From positions 35,997 through 99,996 of the forward strand of contig JAAOMT010000706.1 of NCBI GenBank assembly GCA_016748015.1: a stretch of DNA of 64,000 nt. The letters are read 5' to 3'. The notes beneath the pieces are model-generated. The model was not told the DNA's origin and did not search any database. It saw only the letters and a list, made by a program, of their open reading frames with translations. Positions 51,416 through 64,000 of this stretch are shown here, one piece after another; position 1 is the stretch's first letter; each line of letters begins with the position of its first letter. The stretch is from Geosiphon pyriformis uo1 (lineage: Eukaryota; Fungi; Glomeromycota). A program made the position numbers and the translations under genes.

Positions 51416-52989
51416 TTAACTAGATGAGAACATTCGATTATAAATATTTTTTTCTTTTTGCTGTGACTGTTTTTTCGCTTGCAGGATTTTATCGTGCAAA
51501 AGTCTAAGGGTGTTATCGTTACTAGCGATCTAGATGAGATGCGGGAAATGTAATAATGAGACCGAAATTTTGTGAACTTATTTGTTAGGACAATTTCGAA
51601 GTGTTTGAATAAAAGATACCTGTAATCCCAAATTAACCTGCTCAATGGCTTTGTCGAACTCATTTTTACCGAGTAAGGCTTGCCCAAGGCGATAGATAGC
51701 TTTTATATTCTGAGGGTCTTGCTTGAGTACCTTCAATGTACCTTTATCTTAATAAAGTTTCTTTGTCTTTGAATTAAGCCTTACAGGGAAAATTTTCTTA
51801 CTTCTCGAGAAAATTCCTCAGCTTTAGCGAAATCTTGAAGGGCCAATAGACATGCAGCTGTGTTGGAATTGAGGACAACAAATAAACTACGGTATTCTTC
51901 ATTGATAAGTTTTTTGGTAGGGGTCTTCAATTGATCTTTGATATTGGGTTGACGAACTACATCTGGAGAATTTTGAGAGTAATACGTAGCTTCCTCTTCT
52001 ATATATCTTAGAGACTGAAAGAAAGAGGTTAAGCAACAGGTATTGATTGAAATAATAAGAAACTTATTAGATCAAATATCCCAATAGAACCTTTTTATAT
52101 AACTCGATGGCTCTTTGAAATTCATTCTTTTTAAAGAATTGATTCCCCTCTTCTTTTAGTTTTTTGAGTTTGATCAACCTGTGTTTCAAGGGTTCCTGTT
52201 TTTGAGATTTTTTAAATTGGCCATGGAGATAACAAATATCAGATGATTTAATGCTATAGTAGGAATTTTACATCAGTGCAGCGCAGTATTTCGATTTCGT
52301 AGTTTATCTCTGTATGTGGTGGTATTAACGGTGGAGACCCAATTGATCCAAAAGCTAATTAAAGAGAAATAATAATAATAATAATGAACAAGAAGTTTTG
52401 ACGCGAGTCCTTCATTGAAGATATTGATCGATTGAGCGAAAACACCATAACCAAATTTTACAACTTACACTAACCATATTCCGCGGCAATTAAGACTTCA
52501 GCCTTCTCTCCAACACACATGGAATTGAGTGCCTCTTCAAGTCCACGAATCACCTGGCCTTAAGGTTTGATTGCAAGAATAAAAGCGAATTAATCAACAC
52601 AGCTTCAGTCGATCTCCTATAGAAATCAGCTCGCAAAAGAAGCTACCTGAGCCAAGCTGGAAAGTTGTAGGCAATCCTCCTCGCTCTGCAGAAGAGTCAA
52701 TTACTTCTTCTTCTTCTTCTTTTTCTTCTTCTTCTTCTTCACATGATTCGTTCCGTTCAACCTTCTCGCCCCTTTTCTTTGTGACTATCTTTCCTGTATA
52801 AAGCACTGTAATAAAAAAGATGAATTTTCAAAATTCGGAATTTTGCATTCTCAATCAAGTTGAAGCAATAAGTTTTGCCTATTACTTCCCAGAAACAAAA
52901 GATCTCGGTGCAACCGTGGGCCCACTTCCTTCTCTTATAATGCGTTTCTTGACGCCTTTATCATCAGTTATTGGTTTAAATTCTGTCAT
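51416..52989 (-). CDS. FKBP-type peptidyl-prolyl isomerase with C-terminal TPR domain (Hsp90 co-chaperone-like; 8 exons)
   Basis: MTEFKPITDDKGVKKRIIREGSG, VLYTGK, IDSS, FQLGSGQVIRGLEEAL..MCVGEKA, YAFGSIGSPPLIPP. TPR clamp residues in LKEEGNQFFK, NSNTAACLL, KAIYRLGQA. Ends IYNRMFSS*. The first intron donor is non-canonical. Confidence 0.9.
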
Positions 52990-53707
52990 AAGGGTTTTGA
53001 TGAGAGGAATCTAACAGCTACAGAAGTTTTTTTAACTATGGGATGCCTTGTACACAACTGATTTGCTGATCACAAACGATGAATATATAAATTGATCATC
53101 TTGAGATATCACTTATTTAATGGCCTAGTGCATGAGCCAAATTAGACGCAACAAGGTACCCTCATTTTCCAGTGATCTTTATAGAAAGGAAAGGATAAAC
53201 ATTAAAGAAAATCCAACTCTGAAGCTTCTTGAGAATCAGGGATCAGATAGTTGGGCCTCGTCATGGAAATCCCATAAGGGATCGGTCGGAAATTTGAAAA
53301 TTACGGATAAGGGTACTGGAATATAAGTAGTATCTTGAGGCTATTAAAAATCGCATAAATATGGGGAATTTTATTTGAAGCTTTTATACATAAAGAAGGA
53401 TAAATACGATTTTTGTCTAACAAAATTTCAAATAAAACCGTCAAATTACAACTGACTTGACCTTGGTCAAGAACGAGTGTCCATGTTCACAAAAAGAGAC
53501 TCATGCAAGAATATTATTTTAAACAAAACAATTCGGAATCTAAAGGTTGATAAAATAGAAGGCAATCAAGACCAATCCCAAATGGTCATATTCTCAAATG
53601 AATATCAAAAAAATAAGATGGAAAATGCAATAAATCCACCAGGTGTCCTCCAAATACATACCATTCTCTGCTACCATAAGAGATATAGAAATCCTAAGAT
53701 CTTGTTT

Positions 53708-55341
53708 TCACCTTAAAGAACCAGACTCGAAAGATCGTGGACCAGTATAGCCAATAAGCCCGAGATATTGGAGATCAATATTATCCTCGTCACCCTCCGA
53801 CCGTAATAGTTTGACAAGAACAAATTTTCCAGACCTTTTTAAGAAAATAAAATTATTTTCGAGTTACAGCTTATGAAAAAACATCAAGGATAAAATACGC
53901 ATTGAATACCGTGTCGGACTGAAAGTATGGGATGTGTAATATGTTGAAGAGTCCAAGTGAAAATACGCAGCTGGCCAACCGTCTTCTATTCTTCCATTTT
54001 CACCACTTTCTATAAGAGCATCGTAATCGGAACGGGTAAAATCGTCATATTTTGAAGTGGCTTTTAGTCAAGATTGTTGAAAACAATCAAAGAGAATTTC
54101 AGTTTTTTAAATTGTTTGACAAAAAAAATGTAAAAGTTGAATAGTTTCATACCTTCCAAAGATATGGGCTCATGGGAAACAAAAATGAGGCCTTCTTTAC
54201 CTTTAAGGGGACAAAATAATGAGATGATGCAAATTAAAATAAAGATGCATTTATAAGTAAAAAAATAATTGATTGAGGACATACATGGGGCAGTATAACC
54301 ATGTGTCGGTGCTTTTACCACAATTTTTGTGAGGACAAAAGCTGAATCCATGACATCCTGAGTTTGATCGTTGAATCGAAGTATGATATTGATGTTGGTA
54401 CTCTTTTTGGAACTAAAGAAATCACTCAATTTTTAAAATCACACCGATGTATGTATAGAACGAAGGTTATGGAATCGAAAAATGAAGTACCAACCAATAC
54501 ACGAGATTATCGTTTCTAAGTATATTCTCAACATTGTACGCCTCGCTGTGTAATAGAAAAGTAGATCATGTTAGGCCATTGAGACAATATTAATCATCAA
54601 AAAATGTTTCTATTGTGAGGATGTTTTGATGGAGTTCCTTCGTTAGCTCTCTTTCAAAATTCTGAGATTGTGTTGCTTATCATGAAAATTGTATCGACGC
54701 TGAAAATAGAAGACCAGCAAAAAATTGAAGGTCTGATTTTCCAATCTGCAATTCCCTAGACCCCGAGGTATAATTTTGTGGTACAACATTTTCAAGGGAA
54801 ATTGCCATCGATATTGATAACACTGAGCCATGGTCATTGATCACTATTCTCTTCTCGCTTAGGTATAAAACCTTGCAACAAATTACCTATAAAATCCACC
54901 ATCACAGTATATAACGTTGAAGCATAGCGGAAACTCGCCGGTCGTATTGTATGTGTTACGCCATTTTCTCTTCAATCTATTGTCTCGTATGGAACTTCGC
55001 CTATGCAAAGCAAGTGATCCAGCACGCGTAGGTGAAGTTTGTCGACTAGTAGTAGCGTGTTGCAAGCTCCGGGAATTTAATAATTCGTCAAATCCTTCAT
55101 TTCGACTTGAAGAACTATTATTACTTAGTGACTGAATAAAGGTTTGGAAGGTGTTTGAACGGGATAATTGGTGTAGCAGTGCTGAAGAAAAAGGCGGCGG
55201 TGGCGTTCCTGTTGTTGTTGCTGCTGGTTGAGATATTAGACTGTTTTGCGGGGCTGAATCTGAAGTTGTAGAGTTACTGCTATCACTCGACAAGGGAATC
55301 TCTGTCAGGTCTAAAAAATTATGGTTTGAAGTTACTCTCAT
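53708..55341 (-). CDS. Conserved fungal protein of unknown function: Ser-rich disordered N-terminus + probable galactose-binding-like/muskelin-N-like beta-sandwich (6 exons)
   Basis: Spliced LCFNVIYCDGGFYSEAYNVENILRNDNLVYCSKKSTNINIILRF...LTKIVVKAPTHGYTAPCKEGLIFVS...SGKFVLVKLL..NIDLQYLGLIGYTGPRSF. GT-AG introns are in frame. The fold is inferred. Confidence 0.82.
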
Positions 55342-56143
55342 TTCCTTTTTGAATTGTTAGATTCACAAGTAAGTTTGGTTATTCGCTCTGTGATTTTCAC
55401 TTCCAAAGTGAGTCCTGTAACGGATGGCTGTTATGTAACGTTAGTATCCCTAAGAAACTTAAAGCTTTGAAGAAAATTTTATGGTTAAGTGTCCCGGCAC
55501 TCGAGCTCTTTTTTACGCCCAAATTGACAATGTAATCGACACTTGCAAATTCTATTGACTGTGAATGATCTCCGAATCATAATAATAGAACATCTAGTCA
55601 AATTGAAACTAGCTTGATTTAGTTCCGACTCCGACTGGATGTCGTGACTTGTCTTACTGCACATAGTTCCCATGATCAAAATCATCACTGGGAAAGAGAA
55701 CAATATTGATTGAAAACAATGCATTTAAAAGTTCATAATTGATAAAGTTGAAAATAAATAATTCAAATATTTAAAAAAATGGTTTAAACAAACATGTATT
55801 CTAAATTTATAAAAACAAATATGCATAAAAACAAATTTAATTATTAAATTATAAAAAACTCAAGTTTTTTAAATATTTGTTTACATATTTTCTTATAATT
55901 TTTTTTAATACTATAATTATCAATTTTAAAATATTGAAATCAAATAAAAATAATATTTTGTAATTTAGAAAAGTTATTAAACAGTTAGAATAATTTAAGT
56001 TATCTAATTTGAAATTTTTAATAAATTCGTCTTAAGAAGAAACACAATATTTAAAAATAAAATAATTTTTATTAAAAGTTTTTTGGTATTATTTTGCAAA
56101 TATTATAATTAAATATGTGAAATTATTATTTTTATTTGCTAAA

Positions 56144-59100
56144 GGTGTAGTCCAACCACTGACTATTCTCATATAACCTAATTATTATACATTAGACATA
56201 ACCAGCTACTGGAATTTATTATTCATTTATTTATTTTATTAAATTAATAAATGCATTAAATATTTATGTTAACATTAAATTATAATTAATCATAACATTT
56301 TACCTAAATTGATTTTTGATAATAAACAATAAATATAAATAATAATATTATCATTTTCAATAATTTTTTATTTGTACTATTGTAACATATTATTAATTAA
56401 AAATTAGTTATGTTAAAAAATATTTATAGTTGAATGCTTAAAAGATTTAAGTTTTTATTATCTAAATAAACATTTTGTCAAACAAAAAATTCATGATATC
56501 GCTTTATTAAAAAGTAAATTATTTTTTTAATATTAATATTTGATTAAAAATATACTAAATTATCATTTTAATTTAATACATTTAAATAAAGTTTTTTAAA
56601 AAAAAACCTTTTTTTATTTTATATTTTCATAATTACATTCAAATCAATAAAAAAATACACCTTTTTATTTCTGTTAGTTTAATAGTTTTAATACTCAAAA
56701 AATCTTTTTGGAAATAAAAACAGCTAAACAGCATTTTTTTAAAATGCTTTTCTTAAATAATAAAAACACAAAATAGTTTTTAATTACTAAAAAGCACTAT
56801 TTTTAACTTTAATTAGAAGTTTTTCTTTTTTTAATTTTTTTAAATAATTAACTAAAGCCAATTCTAACAAGTTCTAAGATTTTTAATAGCAAACTAGTAA
56901 ATAAATTATTATTTTTTGAACAACTTTTCTTATTATTGCTTAAATAACCAAAAAAACCAAAGAAACAACGTTTTTTTTTAAAATATCTAAAATAATATTT
57001 TTAAATTATTATTTTTAATTTGTAGTCTGTTTTTTCTTGTAAAAAATAATTTATTGGCTTTTTTAATTTTACTTATATTTTTATTAATTGTTTTATAATT
57101 GTATTAATCATAGTTCTTATTTTTAATCTAACTATAAGCAAAAATTTTTTTATTTTAAATAACAATAACAATAATAATAATAACATATTATTAAAACTAA
57201 TTCAGATTAGCATATAACTAAATTACTTAATATATTAAAGTTTATTTATTAATTTTAAAAACAAAACAAATTATGTTTTTATATATAATTTTAATTAATC
57301 AATTTATTAAATTACCTAATTTCTATATAATATTATTAAAATTTTTTTTTGTTTTATAATGATTATTTTATTATTGATTTATTATTGATTTATTATTTAT
57401 AAGTTGTTATCAAAATTTTGGTTTAATTTTGCTAATATAATATATCTTTTAAATATTTAATTAAGATATTAAGTTAATATTTAAATTCAAGTTTTTTAAA
57501 TAATTGTTATTTGGTTTTAATATAGAAAGTTTTTAAATATAATAATTTAAGTTTTGGAAAATTGTTTAAAATTTTTTGTTTATTAATCTCAATAATTAAA
57601 TATTTTGGATTTATAAATTACAAAAAATCATTTTTTTAAGCAATAATAATAATATAGTTAAACAATTGTAAAGTAACAAAAAAAATAATTTTTTTTTAAG
57701 TATTTATTTTAGTTAAAAAAAATTGTTTTTGTGAATTTAATTTTTATTTTAAGTATTAAAACTATTATTATGTTAAATATTTATTGTAAAATATATTTTT
57801 AGAAATATTTATTGTATTATTCTATGTTTTTGAATGATAATTTTTTAAATTAATATAAATAATAATAAATTATTTATTATTTTAAAAAACTTTAATAATT
57901 TTAATTTAAACTGGTTGAATTTCATCTAAATTATCTAAAATTTATTTAAGATACATGAATTTTAGCTTAAATTACATAAATTTTAGTTTGAATTACTTAA
58001 AATTGCTCTTGTATTAAAAGCTCAGAGTTTTATATGTTCTTGTAAAATAAAAATACTTATTTTGTATTAATTTAATAAATATTCTAGTAAATATGAAAAT
58101 AAAATCTGTAATATTAGAATTAAATTAATTTTTGGTTTATAATTTTGATTAACAATCTCGTTAATTTTAAATAATTTTTGATTAATAATATCAATAATTT
58201 TAGGGAATTGCTAAATCGACCCACCCGCAGCACGTGATATTATTTTACGTCATAGTTTCGTATTCAACTATATATAGAAACATATTAACGAATATTATGG
58301 TTGTCCACAACGAAGTGTTTTTTAATTATAAAACACTATAAATTACTTAAGGCATAAGAAAAAATTAAATATATAATCTATATTCAATTTTATATAAGAA
58401 AAAGTTATTTTTTATTTTAATTAAACTAATATTTATTAGAATTACTAATAAATAAATATTAAAATTCTATATATATTAATATCACGTGTTGCGGGTGATT
58501 TAGCAATTCCCTAATTTTATTTTATTGTTAACAATACAATTAACTTTATTTATACTAAACTTTAAATATAGTAACCAAAAATTGCCATGACCAAATTTTT
58601 ATAATTAATAAATGAATTCAAATTCATTTTTTTGAATTTTTATATCTAATTTGCTCTTTTTATAACGAATTTTCACATAAACATATATAATATTATGTGT
58701 AATATAACACAAAATTTCGTTTTTAATTAAATATATTTGAATAAAAATACATTAATAAATATTATTCTTAAAAAAATTATAAAAAAATTAGATTTTTACC
58801 AAATATTTTAATCTTATAATTAAAATAATGTTATAATATTTGATAATTATATTATATAATGCTATAATAAATATAGCAAAAACATGATTTAATGTATAAT
58901 AACAAATTATACATAATTGTTAATTAAAAACTGGCATTTTTTAAAAAAACAATTACAAAATCTTTTGATATTAATAGAAATAAGAAGAAAAATTTGGAAA
59001 TACTTCTTAATATAGTAATAATCTTTTAGTAAATAAATATATTCACATTGAAAATGAAAATATTTGAACAGATTTTACTAATAAAAATATTTATTCAAAA

Positions 59101-59925
59101 AAATTAAAATAAAAAAAAAATTAAAACAGTAAAAAAAATTGAAATAAAAAATAAAATAATATTTAAAACATTAATAAATACAGTTTTAAAGTATTTATAT
59201 TAACAAAAATCAAATTTGGTAAAATTAATAAAAAAGTAAAAATTTTAAGAAAATTAATTAAATAAATTAGATTAGTTATTCAAAAAAATTTAAAAAACTA
59301 ATTCTAATTATTATTTTAAGAATAAAATAATTGAGGAGTTTTAGTAATTTATTTTTATTTATTTTTATTTTTATTTTTATTTATATTTATATTTATTTAT
59401 TTTCTATTTATATTTATTATTATAATTAAAGTAATTTTTATAAACTTTTTATTAATAAATATATAATAAATTGTTATTTTTTTTAAAATTATGTCTTGTT
59501 ATTTGATAAAAAAATTGACCAAAATTAAATAAATTATATATATTATTATTATATAATATATTTAATTAATTATAACAAACTTTGATTATAACCAATAAAA
59601 AATTCTCATAACAAAAAATTCAATAAAATAAAGTTAATTATAATTATTATATAAATTTTATTTGATAACAATAGTTTAATTGGTTTAAAATTAATTATTA
59701 AGAACAATATTAAGCTTTATTATATAAAATTTGCATTTTAAGTTTTTTTAAATATGATTATTCTAATTAAACGTATTAAATTACTTTTTATTATTATTTT
59801 TAAAATTGCTAAAATTTTTATAATTTCTGAATTTAATATTGTTTTTGTTGTTATTACTTTTTTAATGTTTTTTTAAATATTATTACAAATAATATTAAAA
59901 TATTAGATAGCGGTTGGACTTCACT
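56144..59925. mobile_element. Putative ~3.8-kb DNA transposon ghost delimited by surviving terminal inverted repeats
   Basis: GTGTAGTCCAACCACTGACTA (56145-56165) vs the reverse complement of 59904-59924, GTGAAGTCCAACCGCTATCTA (17/21 match). The interior is ~90% AT with no recognisable ORF. Confidence 0.5.
58203..58511. mobile_element. MITE (309 bp) with ~35-40-bp TIRs, flanked by TA
   Basis: TA|GGGAATTGCTAAATC(gaccc)ACCCGCAGCACGTGATATTA ... TAATATCACGTGTTGCGGGTGATTTAGCAATTCCC|TA. Confidence 0.9.
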
Positions 59926-62900
59926 CGTTAAATTGCATTAATAAAAAAAATATATTAAAATAGTTTAGATGTTTTTAATAGAGTTTTTAATATTAAATTA
60001 AAATAGATTGGCTAATAACAATATAATATTATGTATTTTAAGTTTTAAATTATTGTTATTATAGTATATTGATTAATTTTAGTAAAAAAACAATTTAATT
60101 AAAAAGAAGTTATTATTTTAAAATATATTTTTAAAACCAAGTTGATAAATTTTAGCTGTATTAATTTTGAAATTAGTAAATTAGTTTCTTAAATAAAGAA
60201 TTATATTTATATTATTTTTTAATTTCTAAATTCTATTTAATGTAATTATTAATTTTAGTTTTTAGAAAAATTAAATATTTAAAAAAAGCCAAATTTAACA
60301 AAAAACTTTTGTTTATTGGTACTGTTTTAAGTATTAAAATTTAAATTATTTGGTTTTTAATTAAATTTGTAATAATTCTTAAAATTTTAAAAGTTAATTT
60401 ATTAGTATAAAATTACATATAAAAGCTGTTATTTTTTGAATTTTTAATTTTTGTCATTAATTTTATACAATTTAAAATTGGCTTCTTTAAAATTTTAATT
60501 GGTAAAATTGTTTTTATTGATTAAATTTATTGGTTTTGGTTGTTTTTATTACAATATTAATAAATATTTTTAAAAAAGTTGTATATAATTTAAATAAAAA
60601 AATAACTAATCTTAAAATAAATAATATATTTAATAATATAAATATTAATAAAAAACTTTTGTTAAAATAATAATTATAAAAATTTTAAATTTTTAATATT
60701 TAGTTTAATATAAATATAATAATTATATAAATAATAAATTAATTTTAAATAACAATAATTTTATTAATATTATAATTAAACTAAGTAAATTAAGTAGGTT
60801 TTTTTTATAAATTTTAATGTAATATAGTTTTAATTAATTTAAATAACTGTTTATTTATAAAAAATATATAAATTATACTTATTTTAAAGTTTATTATAAT
60901 TATATTGTTATAGTTAAAACCTTTATTTTTTAGTTTTATTTATTTATTTAATTATAATTAATTATATGTATTAGTTACTAATATTATTAATTAATCATTT
61001 TATTTTTAAAAATAATCATTAATGTAATTATTGACATGATTAATAACTTGATTAATAACTTAATTATTGATTAAATTATTGATATAATTACTAATTTAAT
61101 TTTAAATATTTAATTTAATATTTTAAATTCGTAATTTTCAAAAAATTATTATTTAAACAAATATTTTTTTATTAACAATATAATTTAAATCAACTATATT
61201 TTTTCTTTTAATTTTAATATTTATCTTAAAATTTATTACTTTTTTGTTTAAATTACCAACAATTCTTTTAAATATAACAATATTTTTTTCAATTATAAAA
61301 AAAAATTTTTATTTTAGCATTTAAAAAAATTAAACAATTTTGTAATTAAAAAATTGAAATTTTAAAGAAGTTAAAACTAATAACAAATTTAACAATATTA
61401 AAAAATAAAAAAAACAACAGTTTTAATAAAAAAATTTTAAAAAATAAAATACAAACATTTTCAATTAAAAATTAAATGATTTAAATTTTAATACTTAAAA
61501 CAGTATTAATATTTAAAAGTTTTTTATTTGATATAGCTTTTTTTTAAAATATTAATCTTGATAACAATAGTATTTAATCAAATTAAAATTCAAAAATAAA
61601 AATAATAATATATTTTAATAATTAAAAAGAATTAAGAAACCAAAAATTAAAACAACTATAATCACAAACTTGAGAAATTAATTTTATTAATCTTAAAGAT
61701 AATACAATCAAAAAAAATATTTATTAATTTAATCTTAAATACATTTTTAAAAATAATAATTTTTTTTAATTTAGAAAAAAATTTTAATATTATTTTTTAT
61801 TACTTTAATTGATTAACAAATAAAAACAATTTTAACAGTTTTATAAAACCTAAAATATACAATAATATATTATTAACCAATATATTTTAAATAAATTCTG
61901 AAAATTTTATCAAAATACTTAAAACATTTTTAATATTATTTATAAAAAGTATAAAAAAACATTATATAATATAATAACAACAAAAACAGAAACAAATGTT
62001 TTATAAATTTAAGAATAACAAAAAAATAATTAATAAACAAAATTTAAGCAATAATATTCAAAAAAAAGCTTAACATTAGTTTTAAAAACTGATTTCATAT
62101 CACTAAAATTATATATAGACTAAAAAACAGTCTTAATATAAGCCAACTTAATTTTAAAAAAGATATTGAATTCCAAAATACAGATCATTTATTCAGTATA
62201 TCTTTAATAATTAATAATTATTTTCTAAGTGTTTCTAAAAATATTATTATCGAAAAACAAAAAAGAAAAAAAATTTTTAATCTTTATTTTGAAAACCAAA
62301 TAATTTTATTGTTATTATTTAAAACAGATAATCGATTGTTATTTACAACCATAATAAAATTTAAATAATATAATTAATGTTAATAATACAATACTAACAG
62401 AAAAACCAAAAAAAATAAAAGAAATAACCAGCTTCAAAACAATAGAACTAATATTAAAAACATCAGTAATTTTTTTTTAGCATTTTAAAAAATTACTATT
62501 AGATATAGCAAAAGATTAAAGAGTTTGTTTCTTAGCAGTTTTAGTCTTTTTGGTCATTTGAGAAATAGTAAAAAAAAAATTTAATTAAGTTAAAAAACAT
62601 GGCTAATTATATGTTAAAATATATAAATTGAATTTAATATAAATATATATTTATTAAATATATTTAAATAATATTATATAGAATTAAAAAAATTAAATTT
62701 TACTGTTTTTTGTTAGTTTCCTTAACTAGTTTTTATAAAAAATTTTAATTTAATATGTTTTATAGTATAATAATTAATTATTACATAATTACAATTTCGA
62801 ATTCTATAATTGGATGACTGATTATGTTGAAAATATATGATCCACATTTATATTAACTAATTTGTAACTAAAATAAACAGTAAAAAAATCACATTTTGTC

Positions 62901-64000
62901 AAAGCAATAAAATAATAATAATTATGTAAAAATGTACAAGTTTTAAACATAATATTTTAATAAACAACCAAAAAAAAATGGTTAAATAATAAATTTTCTA
63001 ACAAATTTTTTGAATATTATGTATAATTTTGGTTTTTATTTAATATATTTTATTTTATACACAAATTATTTTAACTTTTATTGATTATTATTTTTATAAA
63101 TAACAAAATAGTTAATCTTATTATTAGCATATTATATTTATTTTTAATATAATTTTACAAACTTTTGCATAAACATAATTTAACATAAAAATAATGTAAT
63201 AATATTATATATAATTTAAAACAAATAATATTTTAAATTTATAAAAAAGTTTTTTTGTTATTTCTTAAATTTTAATTATTATTACCAGTTGAAAGTTAGA
63301 TTTTAAAAATAATTTAATATTTTATAATAATTTATTTAATTTTCAATTATTTAATTTAGTTATTTAATAATTCATTTTTAATAATAATAATTATTTAATA
63401 TTGTTAAAAAAATTAATATTACATAAATTTATATAAAAAACGCTTTTTCTTTTAAAAAATATATGGTAGTGAAAATTCAGATTATAAAAATAAATAAAAT
63501 AAATAAATAAATAAATCCTGCTTAAATATTTAAAATTCTGAAATAATAGTTCAAAAGAATTTTTAATTTTCAATAATAAACAAACTTGTATTTTATTTTT
63601 ATCAGACTGAATAATCTATATTGCAACTTTAACCGTAAAATGTTACTTTCATCCATAGATTTGAATTAAACCATCAAAAAAGCGTCTTGTTCAATCTTAA
63701 AACTTGAAAAACTTTTTGGCATGGTCTTTGTGTATGGGTCCGGTATTCTCGCTGATCCCGGTTTCGTTCTAAAATTTGTTGCCATCAGTTGATGTCGTGC
63801 GTTTACATAACATGCTAAAAAAATAAAATCACATGGCTTGCCAGTCCGCGATTTCATTGATCTGGAAGCTTTCTCGTCGCGGTCGCCCCTCACCGCTTAC
63901 AAAGCAAACGAATCACCAAATGCTAGAAAATTAGAGAACAAATGATTCTAGATAAAATACGCGAGAACGGGCCGATGAGATGCATTTCAAGGGTATGCTC

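Larger units (their letters stand above)
55750..63600. other. AT desert (~88-90% AT by eye), probably fully eroded repeats; similar tracts at 3200-6880, 11800-13150, 19915-21040 and 42700-43700
   Basis: Almost no CpG, no meaningful ORFs, and sharp boundaries with gene islands. Confidence 0.75.

Noticed and set aside
53040-53700. Short ORFs and a possible extra spliced exon between the FKBP gene and the upstream gene
   Set aside because: No consistent start or frame; probably UTR and promoter sequence.
55750-63600. Organellar or endobacterial (Mollicutes-like) insertion as the source of the extreme AT content
   Set aside because: No long ORFs, RNA genes or recognisable motifs; better explained by eroded repeats.
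63666-64000. CpG-rich segment with a 75-aa minus-strand ORF
   Set aside because: Probably the edge of the next gene island, but no recognisable product and truncated by the window.

Overview
This is eukaryotic, very AT-rich, intron-containing fungal DNA. The gene content (Sel1-repeat TKL kinase, BTB, Crinkler-like SAM-NTPase, many class 3 lipase-like genes, RNase H-bearing LINE) points to Glomeromycota and is reminiscent of Geosiphon/Archaeosporales; that placement is inference. Six apparently intact protein genes and one tRNA gene lie at 30-55.4 kb: two secreted lipase-3-like genes, a Sel1-repeat kinase, an NmrA-like gene, tRNA-Phe(GAA), an FKBP-TPR gene and a conserved fungal unknown. The rest is a full-length decayed LINE, a second far more eroded copy, DNA-transposon relics, many pseudogenes and ~85-90% AT deserts. 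Main findings: (1) Repeats and duplicated genes show one-directional C>T/G>A hypermutation in CpG and non-CpG contexts, with AAC/GTT surviving preferentially. This looks like a RIP-like genome-defence process in a lineage where RIP is not established. (2) All five lipase-like loci lack the catalytic Ser (GHG/GWG), suggesting a secreted pseudo-lipase family. (3) A non-RD kinase carries 20 near-identical Sel1 repeats, resembling a non-self receptor. (4) A Nextera/Tn5 adapter at 1972-1990 marks an assembly chimera inside an inverted duplication. All counts and alignments were done by hand on small samples.
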